From an uncultured Bacteroidales bacterium (GTDB taxonomy: Bacteria > Bacteroidota > Bacteroidia > Bacteroidales > ML635J-15), in contig CAZUQY010000001.1 in the NCBI GenBank assembly GCA_964622935.1, forward strand, positions 1 to 46,356: 46,356 nt of DNA, in the 5' to 3' direction. Of the stretch, positions 8,214 through 17,366 are shown piece by piece. A model generated the notes under the pieces. That model did not search any database and was not told the origin of the DNA. It was given only the letters and a program-made list of their open reading frames with translations. Position 1 is the first letter of the stretch; each line of letters opens with the position of its first letter. Both the position numbers and the translations under genes were made by a program.

Positions 8214-9437
8214 ATGAATTTGCAGAGCATAAAGCAAAGATTTGAGATTATTGGAAATTCGGCAGGACTAAATCGTGCCCTAGATATTGCAGTGCAGGTT
8301 GCATCAACAGACTTATCGGTTTTAATATCCGGCGAAAGTGGTGTTGGAAAAGAGAGAATCCCTCAAATTATTCACTCACAAAGCTTACGAAAACACAGTA
8401 ACTATATAGCTGTCAACTGTGGTGCAATTCCGGAAGGGACTATTGATTCGGAGTTATTCGGCCACGTAAAAGGATCGTTTACCAGTGCTCATAGTGATAG
8501 AAAAGGTTATTTCGAAGAGGGCAATAATGGAACTATTTTTCTTGATGAGGTTGCGGAATTACCACTTTCTACTCAAGTTAGATTACTAAGAGTTTTAGAA
8601 ACCGGCGAGTTTATTCGAGTTGGTTCTTCAAAAGCAGAAAAAACCAATGTTAGGGTAGTTGCAGCGACTAATGTTGACCTTGCAATTAGAGTAAGTGAAG
8701 GTAAATTTCGCGAAGATCTGTATTATCGACTTAATACTGTTCCAATTTTTATGCCCCCACTTCGTAACAGGCAAGGAGACATTTACCTTTTATTTCGCAA
8801 ATTCGCATCTGATTTTGCTGAAAAATACAGAATGCCCACCATAAAACTAACCGAAGATGCAATTGAAGGTCTTAATGCATATCGCTGGCCCGGTAACATT
8901 AGACAACTAAAAAATATTACCGAGCAAATTTCAATAATCGAAGAAAAAAGAATTATAACCGGTGAAATATTAAAAACCTATCTTAAAGGAGCTGACACAT
9001 CACAATTACCAGCACTAATTAAAAAAAGTAATTCATACGAAGATTTTTCGTCTGAAAGAGAGATTCTTTATCAGGTTTTGTTCGACATGAAAAAGGATAT
9101 GAATGAACTTAAACTTTTGGTTAATGATATTATTCGTCAAAATCCTGATGTAAAAGTAAATGATTATGGAGCCAAGATTGTGAAACCCTATAATGATGAA
9201 ATAGAACACTTTAATGTTAATAACATTTATAGAGACGAAAACACTAATAATAAAACTAGTTTTGAGGATCAAGGTGAAGTAGTTGAAGAAGTTTTATCCT
9301 TATCAGAACAAGAGAAAGAACTAATAATAAAATCTCTTGACAAAAACAATAATAAGCGAAAACTTGCAGCAGAAGAACTGGGGATATCGGAAAGAACATT
9401 ATACAGGAAAATTAAAGAATACAACATAACAAAGTAA
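8214..9437 (+). CDS. Sigma-54-dependent Fis-family transcriptional activator (AAA+ and HTH only, no receiver or sensor domain)
   Basis: Walker A GESGVGKE, GAFTGA-type loop GSFTSA, Walker B IFLDEV, R-finger region RVVAATN...FREDLYYRL, C-terminal Fis-type HTH AAEELGISERTLYRKIKEY. The AAA+ domain starts within about 10 aa of the N-terminus. Confidence 0.85.
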   Translation: MNLQSIKQRFEIIGNSAGLNRALDIAVQVASTDLSVLISGESGVGKERIPQIIHSQSLRKHSNYIAVNCGAIPEGTIDSELFGHVKGSFTSAHSDRKGYFEEGNNGTIFLDEVAELPLSTQVRLLRVLETGEFIRVGSSKAEKTNVRVVAATNVDLAIRVSEGKFREDLYYRLNTVPIFMPPLRNRQGDIYLLFRKFASDFAEKYRMPTIKLTEDAIEGLNAYRWPGNIRQLKNITEQISIIEEKRIITGEILKTYLKGADTSQLPALIKKSNSYEDFSSEREILYQVLFDMKKDMNELKLLVNDIIRQNPDVKVNDYGAKIVKPYNDEIEHFNVNNIYRDENTNNKTSFEDQGEVVEEVLSLSEQEKELIIKSLDKNNNKRKLAAEELGISERTLYRKIKEYNITK

Positions 9438-9495
9438 TTTAATTGGCAGATTGTCAATATAATATCAAACAAATTTTAACGTTCAGTACATAAAC

Positions 9496-10008
9496 ATGAA
9501 ATTAAAAAGGATATATCTTTTCGCTCTAGTCTTCGGATTGTCAATCCTAAGCTCTTGCACAGGCGGTTATTCTTTTACCGGCGCTGAAATAAATGCAAAT
9601 ACAAAAACTATCACTATTGAATTTTTCCCAAACCGATCAAGCCTTGTACAACCAAATTTAAGTAATGTTTTTACCGAAACATTAAAAGACAAATTTGCTA
9701 CACAAACTAATCTAGAACTTGTGAACTACAACGGGGACTTAAAGATTGAAGGTGAAATAATTAACTATAAAGTTACTGCACAAGCGTATCAGGGGAACGA
9801 AACAGCTGCTTTAAACCGTCTTACAATTACAGTTAAAGTTAGATTCACAAATCTATACGAACCCGAAAAAGATTTTGAAACAAATTTCTCGAGATATTCA
9901 GATTTTGACAGCCAGCAAAGCTTGAGTACAGTTGAAACTGAGCTTATGGATGAAATATGTCAAGAGCTTGCCGTAGATATTTTTAATAAAGCTGTTGCAA
10001 ATTGGTAA
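9496..10008 (+). CDS. LptE-family-like lipoprotein (putative LPS-assembly lipoprotein)
   Basis: Lipoprotein signal LSILSSC, about 170 aa. It sits between the sigma54 activator and secG, which matches the conserved Bacteroidota arrangement I remember. Sequence-level recognition is weak. Confidence 0.45.
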   Translation: MKLKRIYLFALVFGLSILSSCTGGYSFTGAEINANTKTITIEFFPNRSSLVQPNLSNVFTETLKDKFATQTNLELVNYNGDLKIEGEIINYKVTAQAYQGNETAALNRLTITVKVRFTNLYEPEKDFETNFSRYSDFDSQQSLSTVETELMDEICQELAVDIFNKAVANW

Positions 10009-11257
10009 AATGAACAAGGAACAATTTATAAAATACGCCACAGATTTTTCAAGCCTTAACAATACAAGCCTTGAAGAACTAAAGCTGCTTATAGATGAAT
10101 TTCCACATTTTCAAACAGCATGGGTATTATATGCTAAAAATCTTGACAAAATTAAGGATGTAAGATTTGAAAATAACCTAAAAATTGCTGCAACTCATGT
10201 TGCAGACAGAAGAGTTCTTAAACACATCATTGAAGGCACCTATCCAACTCAATTACCTAACGAAAAAACTTCAACTCAACCTGAAAATGAACTAGAGACC
10301 AAGTCTAAAATAATTTCTAATGAAATTCCACAAGTAAACGAAGATAAAGATCTAATCGTTCCAGTTAAAGAATTTAATTCTGAACACAATGAGACTTCTG
10401 CTAATCAGAAACTTGAATATACAAACTCGGATACAGAAACGTTAGTGCCCGAAATAGAAGAATTACAAATAAATTCAAAATCACCTGAACAAGAAGAGTT
10501 AATGACTAAAATTGAAGATAATTCTATTTTAAGCAACATCAATTTACAATCAGAAAAAACAACAGACAAAGAACAGGAAATAAATAATTTAGACCCTATT
10601 ACAGCAAAATCAGAAAGCAATTATATCCCAGATACCTCATCTGCTGATAGAATTTTACAAAATATTGAGTCCATTAAATCAGGAGAAACTTCCACAGCAA
10701 CATCAGATAGTGATGCCGATGATAAAAAACAAGACCTTGAGCAAATAATTACCCAACGTCTAAAAGAACTTGGAATTAACCAAGAACATAAAAAATCTAA
10801 TCTATATCCCGAAAATGGGATAGAAATTTTGGATTCTGATGAATTCACAAAATCAGAAACCAGTTCTAATAAAGAAAAACAATATGCCAAACCTAATTTG
10901 AAATCTGAAGATTTTTTAAATTTTGAGTTCGAAAATCAATCAAGTGCAAAGAATGATAAAAAAAATATCGAATTAAATATTGAGCAAAAAACCGAGTTAA
11001 TTGACAAGTTTTTATCTTCAAATCCACGTATTGTTTCACAAAAGAATTACACCTCAAATGGCTCATTATCAGCAGACTTAGCACTATCAGAAAACGAAGA
11101 ATTATTTAGCGAAACCTTAGCAAAAATTTATATAAAACAGAGCCATTTTGACAAAGCAATTTTAACTTATGAAAAATTATGTTTGAAATATCCCGAAAAA
11201 AACATTTACTTTGCGGGTCAAATTGAAAAAATTAAGGAATTAATAAAAAATAAATAG
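9995..11257 (+). CDS. Hypothetical protein with low-complexity acidic/Ser-rich centre and C-terminal TPR-like segment
   Basis: ORF overlaps the previous gene by 14 nt. The ATG at 10010 (MNKEQF) is an alternative start. The C-terminus LAKIYIKQSHFDKAILTYEKLCLKYPEKNIYFAGQIEKI is TPR-like. Confidence 0.6.
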   Translation: MQIGKMNKEQFIKYATDFSSLNNTSLEELKLLIDEFPHFQTAWVLYAKNLDKIKDVRFENNLKIAATHVADRRVLKHIIEGTYPTQLPNEKTSTQPENELETKSKIISNEIPQVNEDKDLIVPVKEFNSEHNETSANQKLEYTNSDTETLVPEIEELQINSKSPEQEELMTKIEDNSILSNINLQSEKTTDKEQEINNLDPITAKSESNYIPDTSSADRILQNIESIKSGETSTATSDSDADDKKQDLEQIITQRLKELGINQEHKKSNLYPENGIEILDSDEFTKSETSSNKEKQYAKPNLKSEDFLNFEFENQSSAKNDKKNIELNIEQKTELIDKFLSSNPRIVSQKNYTSNGSLSADLALSENEELFSETLAKIYIKQSHFDKAILTYEKLCLKYPEKNIYFAGQIEKIKELIKNK

Positions 11258-11265
11258 AATTAGTT

Positions 11266-11565
11266 ATGTATATCTTTTTCTCAATAATGATTATCGTGTG
11301 TGCAGTACTATTGATTTTAATTGTACTTGTACAAAATAGTAAAGGTGGTGGATTAGCATCAGGTTTCGGACAAGGAAATCAGGTAATGGGTGTTAAAAAA
11401 ACTGCTGATTTCCTAGAAAAAGCAACTTGGACACTAGCTGTTGGATTAGTTGTGTTTTGTTTATTAGCAAGCTTTTCAATCCCTAATAGAAAAGTTGAAG
11501 AACCTGTTGCTACAGAACAACCAACACAAAACACACCAACTGCACCTGCAACTCCTGCAGAATAG
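11266..11565 (+). CDS. secG: Preprotein translocase subunit SecG
   Basis: 99 aa with two TM helices. The conserved loop LVQNSKGGGLASGFG is the SecG signature. Confidence 0.85.
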   Translation: MYIFFSIMIIVCAVLLILIVLVQNSKGGGLASGFGQGNQVMGVKKTADFLEKATWTLAVGLVVFCLLASFSIPNRKVEEPVATEQPTQNTPTAPATPAE

Positions 11566-11590
11566 TTAAAAAAACGTTATTAATATAAAA

Positions 11591-11620
11591 ATAAATCATC
11601 GCAATGCTGCGATGATTTAT
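11591..11620. terminator. Bidirectional intrinsic terminator hairpin between convergent secG and 11691..13028
   Basis: Perfect 13-bp stem ATAAATCATCGCA / TGCGATGATTTAT with a 4-nt loop (ATGC). A/T-rich flanks on both sides. Confidence 0.7.
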
Positions 11621-11690
11621 CAATTAATGATAGTGAAAACGTCACATCTTCCACAAAACTCATAACAAGTTAAAGTAATTGCAATAACAA

Positions 11691-13028
11691 TTATTTTATA
11701 TATATTTTCTTTGTTTGTGTCTTTCCATTGCTCCCAATGCTTATAAGATAAACTCCTGAAGCCAACTTACCAAGTGACACTTCTGAATTGTATCTATTAA
11801 GGCCTGCAACAAGAACTACTTTTCCACTCATATCATAAATAGACAATTTAGCAGCACTTGATTCCAAATTACTGAGATACAAAATGTTTGAATTAGAATT
11901 AAATGAAATTTCAATATTAGAATCCTCCTGTTCAATATCGGTGCTTCCTAACACAAGAGGGTCTTGATTTGTAATTTCATATATCTTTCCACTTGCATAA
12001 CCCGGAGTATATATTCTCACTACATTATCGTTTCGCCCTACACCAACATCAATTAAAGCTGTCGCCCCGGTTGCTGCATCAATAGTCGTTGCATCATACT
12101 GACCAGAACCGGAATTATATCCTAGTTCCATAAATGGCAAAGCAATAGAAGTGTTATATAAATAATACTTTTCATCGCTTTTTGTTTGTGCGGCAAATAA
12201 AAATGATCTTCCTGTACGTGAATATATTTGTTGAGCATCCCATGCCTCTCCATTACGTGTAATCTCATGAATCCCACTATTGTCTTGTGTGTAAATTCTC
12301 TGCAATCCATCATTGCGACCATCAGTTATTACTACTGTTTCCGGCCAACCGTTTGATGCAGATGCTGAAGTTGAATCACTCCATGACGATCCATCCCAAG
12401 TAAATTCTTTTACATGATTTCCAGGAGTATAATACCTTAAAACATCATCGTTTCTACCATTCCCGAAAAAAACAGGACCTTCAGTACCATGTGCTGTACT
12501 AATATCAATAAAATCCCATCCAGAACCATTCCACTGATATTCTCTTTGAATAATCCACCCCGCTACATATACTCTGTTAACACCATCACCATGAGCATCT
12601 CCAACTAATATTGATAACATTGGCTTTGTTGGACTATCTAAGGTCACTCTATCCCAAGAAGCTCCATTCCAAGTATATTCATATATATTACTAGTAGTTC
12701 CTCCCCACTCTGCAACATATAATCGCAAAATCCCATCATTTCTACCATTACCTATTGAAAGAGTTACTAAATTAGTAAGTGAAGTGCCAACAGTGGCTGT
12801 CATTTCCCAACTTGTACCACTATAAGTCCACTCGTAAATTGCCCCATCTGTTGCTTCTCCACGCGTACTAACATAAACCCGGTTGGTACCATCGTTATGC
12901 CCATTTCCCACACAAATTCCATATGTCTTATCATTTGGACATATCCCAATTTCTGTTACTGTCCATTCTTGCCCAAATATCAATCCTGAGGCAAAAAGTA
13001 AAATAATTAAAACAAGTTTCGTTTTCAT
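11691..13028 (-). CDS. FG-GAP-like repeat beta-propeller protein with T9SS type A C-terminal sorting domain
   Basis: Signal peptide. At least six repeats of G(N/D)G(R/H)ND(G)xxRxY (GNGHNDGTNRVYV, GNGRNDGILRLYV, GDAHGDGVNRVYV, GNGRNDDVLRYYT, TDGRNDGLQRIYT, GVGRNDNVVRIYT). C-terminus LSIYDMSGKVVL...GVYLISIGSNGKTQTKKIYIK. Confidence 0.75.
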   Translation of the reverse strand: MKTKLVLIILLFASGLIFGQEWTVTEIGICPNDKTYGICVGNGHNDGTNRVYVSTRGEATDGAIYEWTYSGTSWEMTATVGTSLTNLVTLSIGNGRNDGILRLYVAEWGGTTSNIYEYTWNGASWDRVTLDSPTKPMLSILVGDAHGDGVNRVYVAGWIIQREYQWNGSGWDFIDISTAHGTEGPVFFGNGRNDDVLRYYTPGNHVKEFTWDGSSWSDSTSASASNGWPETVVITDGRNDGLQRIYTQDNSGIHEITRNGEAWDAQQIYSRTGRSFLFAAQTKSDEKYYLYNTSIALPFMELGYNSGSGQYDATTIDAATGATALIDVGVGRNDNVVRIYTPGYASGKIYEITNQDPLVLGSTDIEQEDSNIEISFNSNSNILYLSNLESSAAKLSIYDMSGKVVLVAGLNRYNSEVSLGKLASGVYLISIGSNGKTQTKKIYIK

Positions 13029-13130
13029 AAACTAGCATTTTAGTACTTGTATGATAGACGTCGTATATTTTTAGCAGTTGCCTTCATAACATTATTAATT
13101 TTTATTTAAATTGCAGCAAATTTAAACATT

Positions 13131-13514
13131 GTGAAAATTACATATTTAATAATATCCATTTTAACCGGGATTTGCTTTCTTACATCTTGCGAAAGTAATT
13201 TTATCCGCTTTGAAGACGAAGGAACTTATGTAACTGATACTACAAGTCCAATAGATCTCGTTTCTTTTCAGACTGCAATTGTTCCAATAATACAAAACAA
13301 TTGTGCATCTTGCCATTTTGCCGGAACAAATCCAGATTTAGAATCACCCGGAATGTATGATGTTATAATCAACCATAGCTATATTAATCTTGGAGACCCT
13401 GAAAATAGTGGGCTTTTAATTCTACCTGACCCTGGACATGCCGACGATTATCTTACTGGCACAGAGCACACATTAATTATTACTTGGATAGAACAAGGGG
13501 CATTAAACAACTAA
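13131..13514 (+). CDS. Lipoprotein with a single CxxCH haem-binding motif (PSCyt1-like cytochrome domain)
   Basis: GTG start. Lipobox FLTSC. FQTAIVPIIQNNCASCHF ... LIITWIEQGA resembles the planctomycete-type cytochrome c domain pattern (PIL..C..CH ... WI..GA). Confidence 0.55.
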   Translation: MKITYLIISILTGICFLTSCESNFIRFEDEGTYVTDTTSPIDLVSFQTAIVPIIQNNCASCHFAGTNPDLESPGMYDVIINHSYINLGDPENSGLLILPDPGHADDYLTGTEHTLIITWIEQGALNN

Positions 13515-13521
13515 ATCAATT

Positions 13522-14478
13522 ATGAAAATTCAGATAATAATCTCAACAATATTACTTTTTCTAGTTGTTTCATTAACCCTTTCTGCACAAGAAGATGAAA
13601 TAGCAGAAACAAAAAAACCAAAACACAAGGCTGTGTTAAATCCATGGTTCTCTTCAACTGTGATTGATGCACAAACTAGCTTTACTCCTAAAAAAGGGGA
13701 TATCGAATTTATAATACACCATCGGTTTACTTCAATCGACAATGGCATTTCCGATTTATTTGGATTTTATGGAGCCTCAAATATTAGACTTGGTTTAAAT
13801 TATGGTATTACAGACAAATTAATGATTGGTTTTGGTACAGAAAGAGATAAAAGAATGCAAGAGTTTCTTGTAAAATACAAAATTCTTCAACAATCAAGAG
13901 ATAATGTTATTCCTGTGTCTGTTGCAATATTTGCCAACACATGTATTAATGCTCGCGAAACAGACTATTGGGGTACTGACTATTCTTTTACAGATCGACT
14001 TTCATATTATTCGCAAATCATTGTAAGTCGCAAATGGACATCATCACTAACAACTCAATTGGGATTAGGGTATGCACATATTAATAAAGTTGATAGCTAC
14101 AGAGTTGCAAACAGTGATTCTGTTTCTGAAACAATTACTTATTACCCAAAATATTATAACGATGCTCTCGGACTCAGCGTTGTTGGTCGGTATAAGATTA
14201 ACAATACCTTTACAGTTATTGCAGAGTTTGAAAAACCTTTAGCTTTAAAAAAGTCTAGCAGCGGTGGACATTATAATCACGGTGAAATTCCAAAACCAAT
14301 AAAAGCAAAGCCAAATGTTGCGCTTGGTTTTGAAATAAGTACGATGACACACTCGTTTCAATTATTTGCATCATCTTACCGAGCAATTATACCTCAAAAC
14401 AATCTAATAATGAATAATTTTGACATTACAGAAAAAAATGGCATAATGCTTGGATTCAATATAGTCGTAAAATTTTAA
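13522..14478 (+). CDS. DUF5777-like outer-membrane beta-barrel protein
   Basis: Signal peptide ending LSAQ. Motif IEFIIHHRFTS...LFGFYGASNIRLGLNYGITDKLMIGFG matches my recollection of the DUF5777 signature. Alternating amphipathic strands and a C-terminal aromatic residue (VVKF). Confidence 0.55.
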   Translation: MKIQIIISTILLFLVVSLTLSAQEDEIAETKKPKHKAVLNPWFSSTVIDAQTSFTPKKGDIEFIIHHRFTSIDNGISDLFGFYGASNIRLGLNYGITDKLMIGFGTERDKRMQEFLVKYKILQQSRDNVIPVSVAIFANTCINARETDYWGTDYSFTDRLSYYSQIIVSRKWTSSLTTQLGLGYAHINKVDSYRVANSDSVSETITYYPKYYNDALGLSVVGRYKINNTFTVIAEFEKPLALKKSSSGGHYNHGEIPKPIKAKPNVALGFEISTMTHSFQLFASSYRAIIPQNNLIMNNFDITEKNGIMLGFNIVVKF

Positions 14479-14489
14479 AAATATCAGAT

Positions 14490-14900
14490 ATGAAATCAAA
14501 GAAATTACTATTTTTTATCGCATTCTCTGTTCTTATTATTTTAGGTTTGAGTGCGTACAAACTAGCTAAAGACCCTTGGAAAGTTCCTGACACATACAAG
14601 AGCAAAAAGAACCCCGTTGCGAGCACAAAACAAGGTTTAAGTTACGGAAAAGAACTTTACGAAATGTCTTGTTCAAGTTGCCATGGAGCTTCAGGTAAAG
14701 GCAATGGTGTAAAAGCAAAAAACTTGGACATTGAATTATACGACCTAACAAGTGCTGATTTTCAATCCAAATTTACAGATGGTGAAATTTACTATCAGTC
14801 ATTTATCGGCAGATATCGCTGGCACGATTTCCGTTCAGCCGTCCCAGACGAAGAAGATAGATGGAATGTTGTAAATTATATAAGATCCTTAAAAAAATAA
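14490..14900 (+). CDS. Class I-type c-type cytochrome (monohaem), N-terminally anchored or secreted
   Basis: N-terminal hydrophobic segment. CSSCHG haem motif. C-terminal DEEDRWNVVNYIRSL is typical of small cytochromes c. There is no Met downstream of the CxxCH. Confidence 0.7.
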   Translation: MKSKKLLFFIAFSVLIILGLSAYKLAKDPWKVPDTYKSKKNPVASTKQGLSYGKELYEMSCSSCHGASGKGNGVKAKNLDIELYDLTSADFQSKFTDGEIYYQSFIGRYRWHDFRSAVPDEEDRWNVVNYIRSLKK

Positions 14901-14916
14901 TATCTTTGGGAATGAC

Positions 14917-14951
14917 TTAGGGAATTAAATAAGCAATTCCCTAGATTTTTT
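14917..14951 (+). terminator. Intrinsic terminator after the cytochrome c gene
   Basis: Stem TTAGGGAATT / AATTCCCTAG (10 bp including one G-U), 8-nt loop, followed by ATTTTTTC. Confidence 0.6.
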
Positions 14952-14986
14952 CTTTCTCTTTTAATATTTACCTAAATCAACCAATT

Positions 14987-15169
14987 ATGAAATGGCTTTA
15001 TCTTGTTCTCGGAATTGTATCTTTTGGATTATCTTTTTTTATGTATAAATATGGTGGCAATTACTCCAGCCTTAGTCAGTACATGAGATACTTCTACGCT
15101 CCACTACCAATTGGGGGATACTTTATTTATGGTTTTATCCGTAAAATGATGGATAAAAAACAGAAGTAG
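14987..15169 (+). CDS. Possible small two-TM membrane protein
   Basis: 60-aa ORF with two hydrophobic segments and a basic C-terminus (RKMMDKKQK). No homology recognised. Confidence 0.3.
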   Translation: MKWLYLVLGIVSFGLSFFMYKYGGNYSSLSQYMRYFYAPLPIGGYFIYGFIRKMMDKKQK

Positions 15170-15295
15170 GATTTGACTTTTGTTATTTACTAGCAAACTT
15201 TCAATAAGGCTGATTTAGCTGATTATTTGCATCTCGCCGTCTACAATCCCATCCCTGTCCAGGAGACTTAGTAACTCTATCTCTTCTAATTCTTA

Positions 15296-15544
15296 TTATC
15301 CATGCTTTGCATAATCTGAAAAAGTGTATTCAACAGCGTCAGCAGCCTGAGGGGACCCACAAATTCTACCTTTCATGTTTTTACACAAATACTCGAGATT
15401 ATTATATGATGTGAAATCGGCAAGCACCTCACTAAAAATATTTTTCACCATAAGACTATCTTCTGCTTTATAAGAATACCCTTGAATGCTAGTCTGTGCT
15501 AACGATGCAGTAATTGAAAAACACAAAATTAAAATTGTTTTCAT
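15296..15544 (-). pseudogene. 5' remnant of an M28-family peptidase gene (82 codons only)
   Basis: Signal peptide, then IFSEVLADFTSYNNLEYLCKNMKGRICGSPQAADAVEY. This matches the N-terminal region of Bacteroidota M28 aminopeptidases (..L..L...IGxRLSGSPxAxxAVEW..), which are several hundred aa long. The ORF stops after 82 aa and no continuation is readable in 15170-15295. Confidence 0.5.
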
Positions 15545-15561
15545 TTATTCCCTTTATAAAA

Positions 15562-16014
15562 TTACCTTTTAAAACTCTTTGCAAGTTCAAGAAGCTTTTT
15601 GCTTTCCTCATCACCACTCACTAACTCTAAATTATGAGCCATTGGCACAAATTTCTCATCAACATGAACGTAACTAACAAAGCCATCAGCAATAACATCC
15701 TCAGTTCCTTGCTCTGTTGCAAGCACATAAATTGTCAAGCTGGTTTTTCCGGCATAAACAAGCTTTGATTTGTAATGAACTATGGCACCCGGATAAACTG
15801 GTTTTTTGCAATTCATTTCGTTTACCTTTAAAAATAAAAGATTCTCGGCTTTCAACAATGATGTTGCTGTAAAAAAAGCTGTCTCAAACAACCATTCTGC
15901 AATTGTTCCTGCAAACAAACTTCCGTGATGGTTAAGATCTCTTGATTTTACATATCTTATTGAATTGATATATTTTGGTGTAATAATTTGCTTCCCCATA
16001 ATTTGTTTTTGCAC
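15562..16014 (-). CDS. Acyl-CoA thioesterase (hotdog fold)
   Basis: About 150 aa. NHHGSLFAGTIAEWLFETAFF is the typical hotdog thioesterase helix motif. The start is either the GTG at 16014 or the ATG at 15999. Confidence 0.6.
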   Translation of the reverse strand: MQKQIMGKQIITPKYINSIRYVKSRDLNHHGSLFAGTIAEWLFETAFFTATSLLKAENLLFLKVNEMNCKKPVYPGAIVHYKSKLVYAGKTSLTIYVLATEQGTEDVIADGFVSYVHVDEKFVPMAHNLELVSGDEESKKLLELAKSFKR

Positions 16015-16095
16015 AAAAATAATAAAAAACCGATTAGATGAGAAGTTGAGTTTCTATTAAACTTTTTGCTAAATTCGCAATACTAATTATCCCTC

Positions 16096-17340
16096 ATGTC
16101 GAAATCGTTTGTTAAGGACATACAGTATTATAAGTTTAGTCTTTATGGTTTTTTCAAAAATCTAACATTCTTTGAGCCATTTCTTATCCTTTTCTTTCTA
16201 GAAAAAGGTCTTAGCTTTTGGCAAATAGGAATTGTATATTCGGTTAGAGAAATAACTCGCAATATTTTTGAAATCCCCAGTGGCTTTATTGCAGATGCAT
16301 TAGGCAGAAGAAAAACTTTAATAATTTCGCTTTTAGTTTATGCTGGGTCATTTGTTGTGTTTTATTTTTCAGACTCATATACTTTGATATTACTTGCAAT
16401 GATAATTTTTGCCCTAGGTGATGCATTTCGTACTGGTACCAACAAAGCCATGATTTACGATTACATAACTGAAAAAGGGTGGAAGAATCAAAAAGTTCAT
16501 TATTACGGGCACACACGTTCATGGTCACAAAGCGGCTCTGCTTTGAGTTCATTAATTGCAGCAGCAATTGTAATAGCTTTTCAAAATTACACAGTAATAT
16601 TCCTTGCTTCAGTTTTGCCTTATCTAATAGACGCAGCAATCGTATTTTCATATCCTAAAAATTTAGAGGGCAAAACACACAAACTGCACGCAAAAAAGCT
16701 ATTAGCTGCCTTTAAAACAACGTTTAAAGACCTTTTTGTTGTTTTTAAGAACCCAAAGTATTGGCGAGCAATAAATTTGCATTCTGCTCACTCCGGATAT
16801 CATAAAGCAATTAAGGAATACATTCAACCTTTGATAATTATTGTAGCATTAGGATTTCCATTCTTACCAAATTGGACAGACGAAAAAAGAGAGGCTATCT
16901 TTATCGGAATAATTTATTTTATAATCTATTTGCTTACTGCTCAAGCTTCAAAAATATCCGGAAAACTATCCGACAAATTAAAAACCCCAAACAAAGCGCT
17001 TTTTATTACTTTACTTACTGGTCTATTTGCTGGTGCCTGTGCCGGACTTGGAATAATGTTTGGCTATGAATGGTTTGGAATCTTTATGTTTCTCATTGTC
17101 TATTTGATTGAGAATCTAAGAAAGCCTATCGGAGTTGCTGCAGTTGCCGACCAATCCGACCAATCAGTAATGACGACAGTACTGTCAGTAAATTCACAGG
17201 CAGAATCGTTTTTTGCAGCTATTATTGCTCCTATTTTAGGATTATGCGCTGATAAAATTGGTTTGGGCGAAGGTCTTATCATAGTCTCAGGTGGAATGAT
17301 TTTGTTGTCAATAACTATGTATACTTTTAGAAGAAACTAA
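16096..17340 (+). CDS. MFS transporter
   Basis: 414 aa with about 12 hydrophobic helices. MFS loop motif ADALGRRKTLI between TM2 and TM3. Confidence 0.7.
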   Translation: MSKSFVKDIQYYKFSLYGFFKNLTFFEPFLILFFLEKGLSFWQIGIVYSVREITRNIFEIPSGFIADALGRRKTLIISLLVYAGSFVVFYFSDSYTLILLAMIIFALGDAFRTGTNKAMIYDYITEKGWKNQKVHYYGHTRSWSQSGSALSSLIAAAIVIAFQNYTVIFLASVLPYLIDAAIVFSYPKNLEGKTHKLHAKKLLAAFKTTFKDLFVVFKNPKYWRAINLHSAHSGYHKAIKEYIQPLIIIVALGFPFLPNWTDEKREAIFIGIIYFIIYLLTAQASKISGKLSDKLKTPNKALFITLLTGLFAGACAGLGIMFGYEWFGIFMFLIVYLIENLRKPIGVAAVADQSDQSVMTTVLSVNSQAESFFAAIIAPILGLCADKIGLGEGLIIVSGGMILLSITMYTFRRN

Positions 17341-17366
17341 TGGCCACTAATGCACAAAAAGAAATA

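Noticed and set aside
13455-14835. TGGCAC-containing strings (13455, 14821; also 44653) examined as sigma-54 -24/-12 promoters
   Set aside because: All lie inside coding regions and lack a TTGC element at the correct 5-nt spacing.
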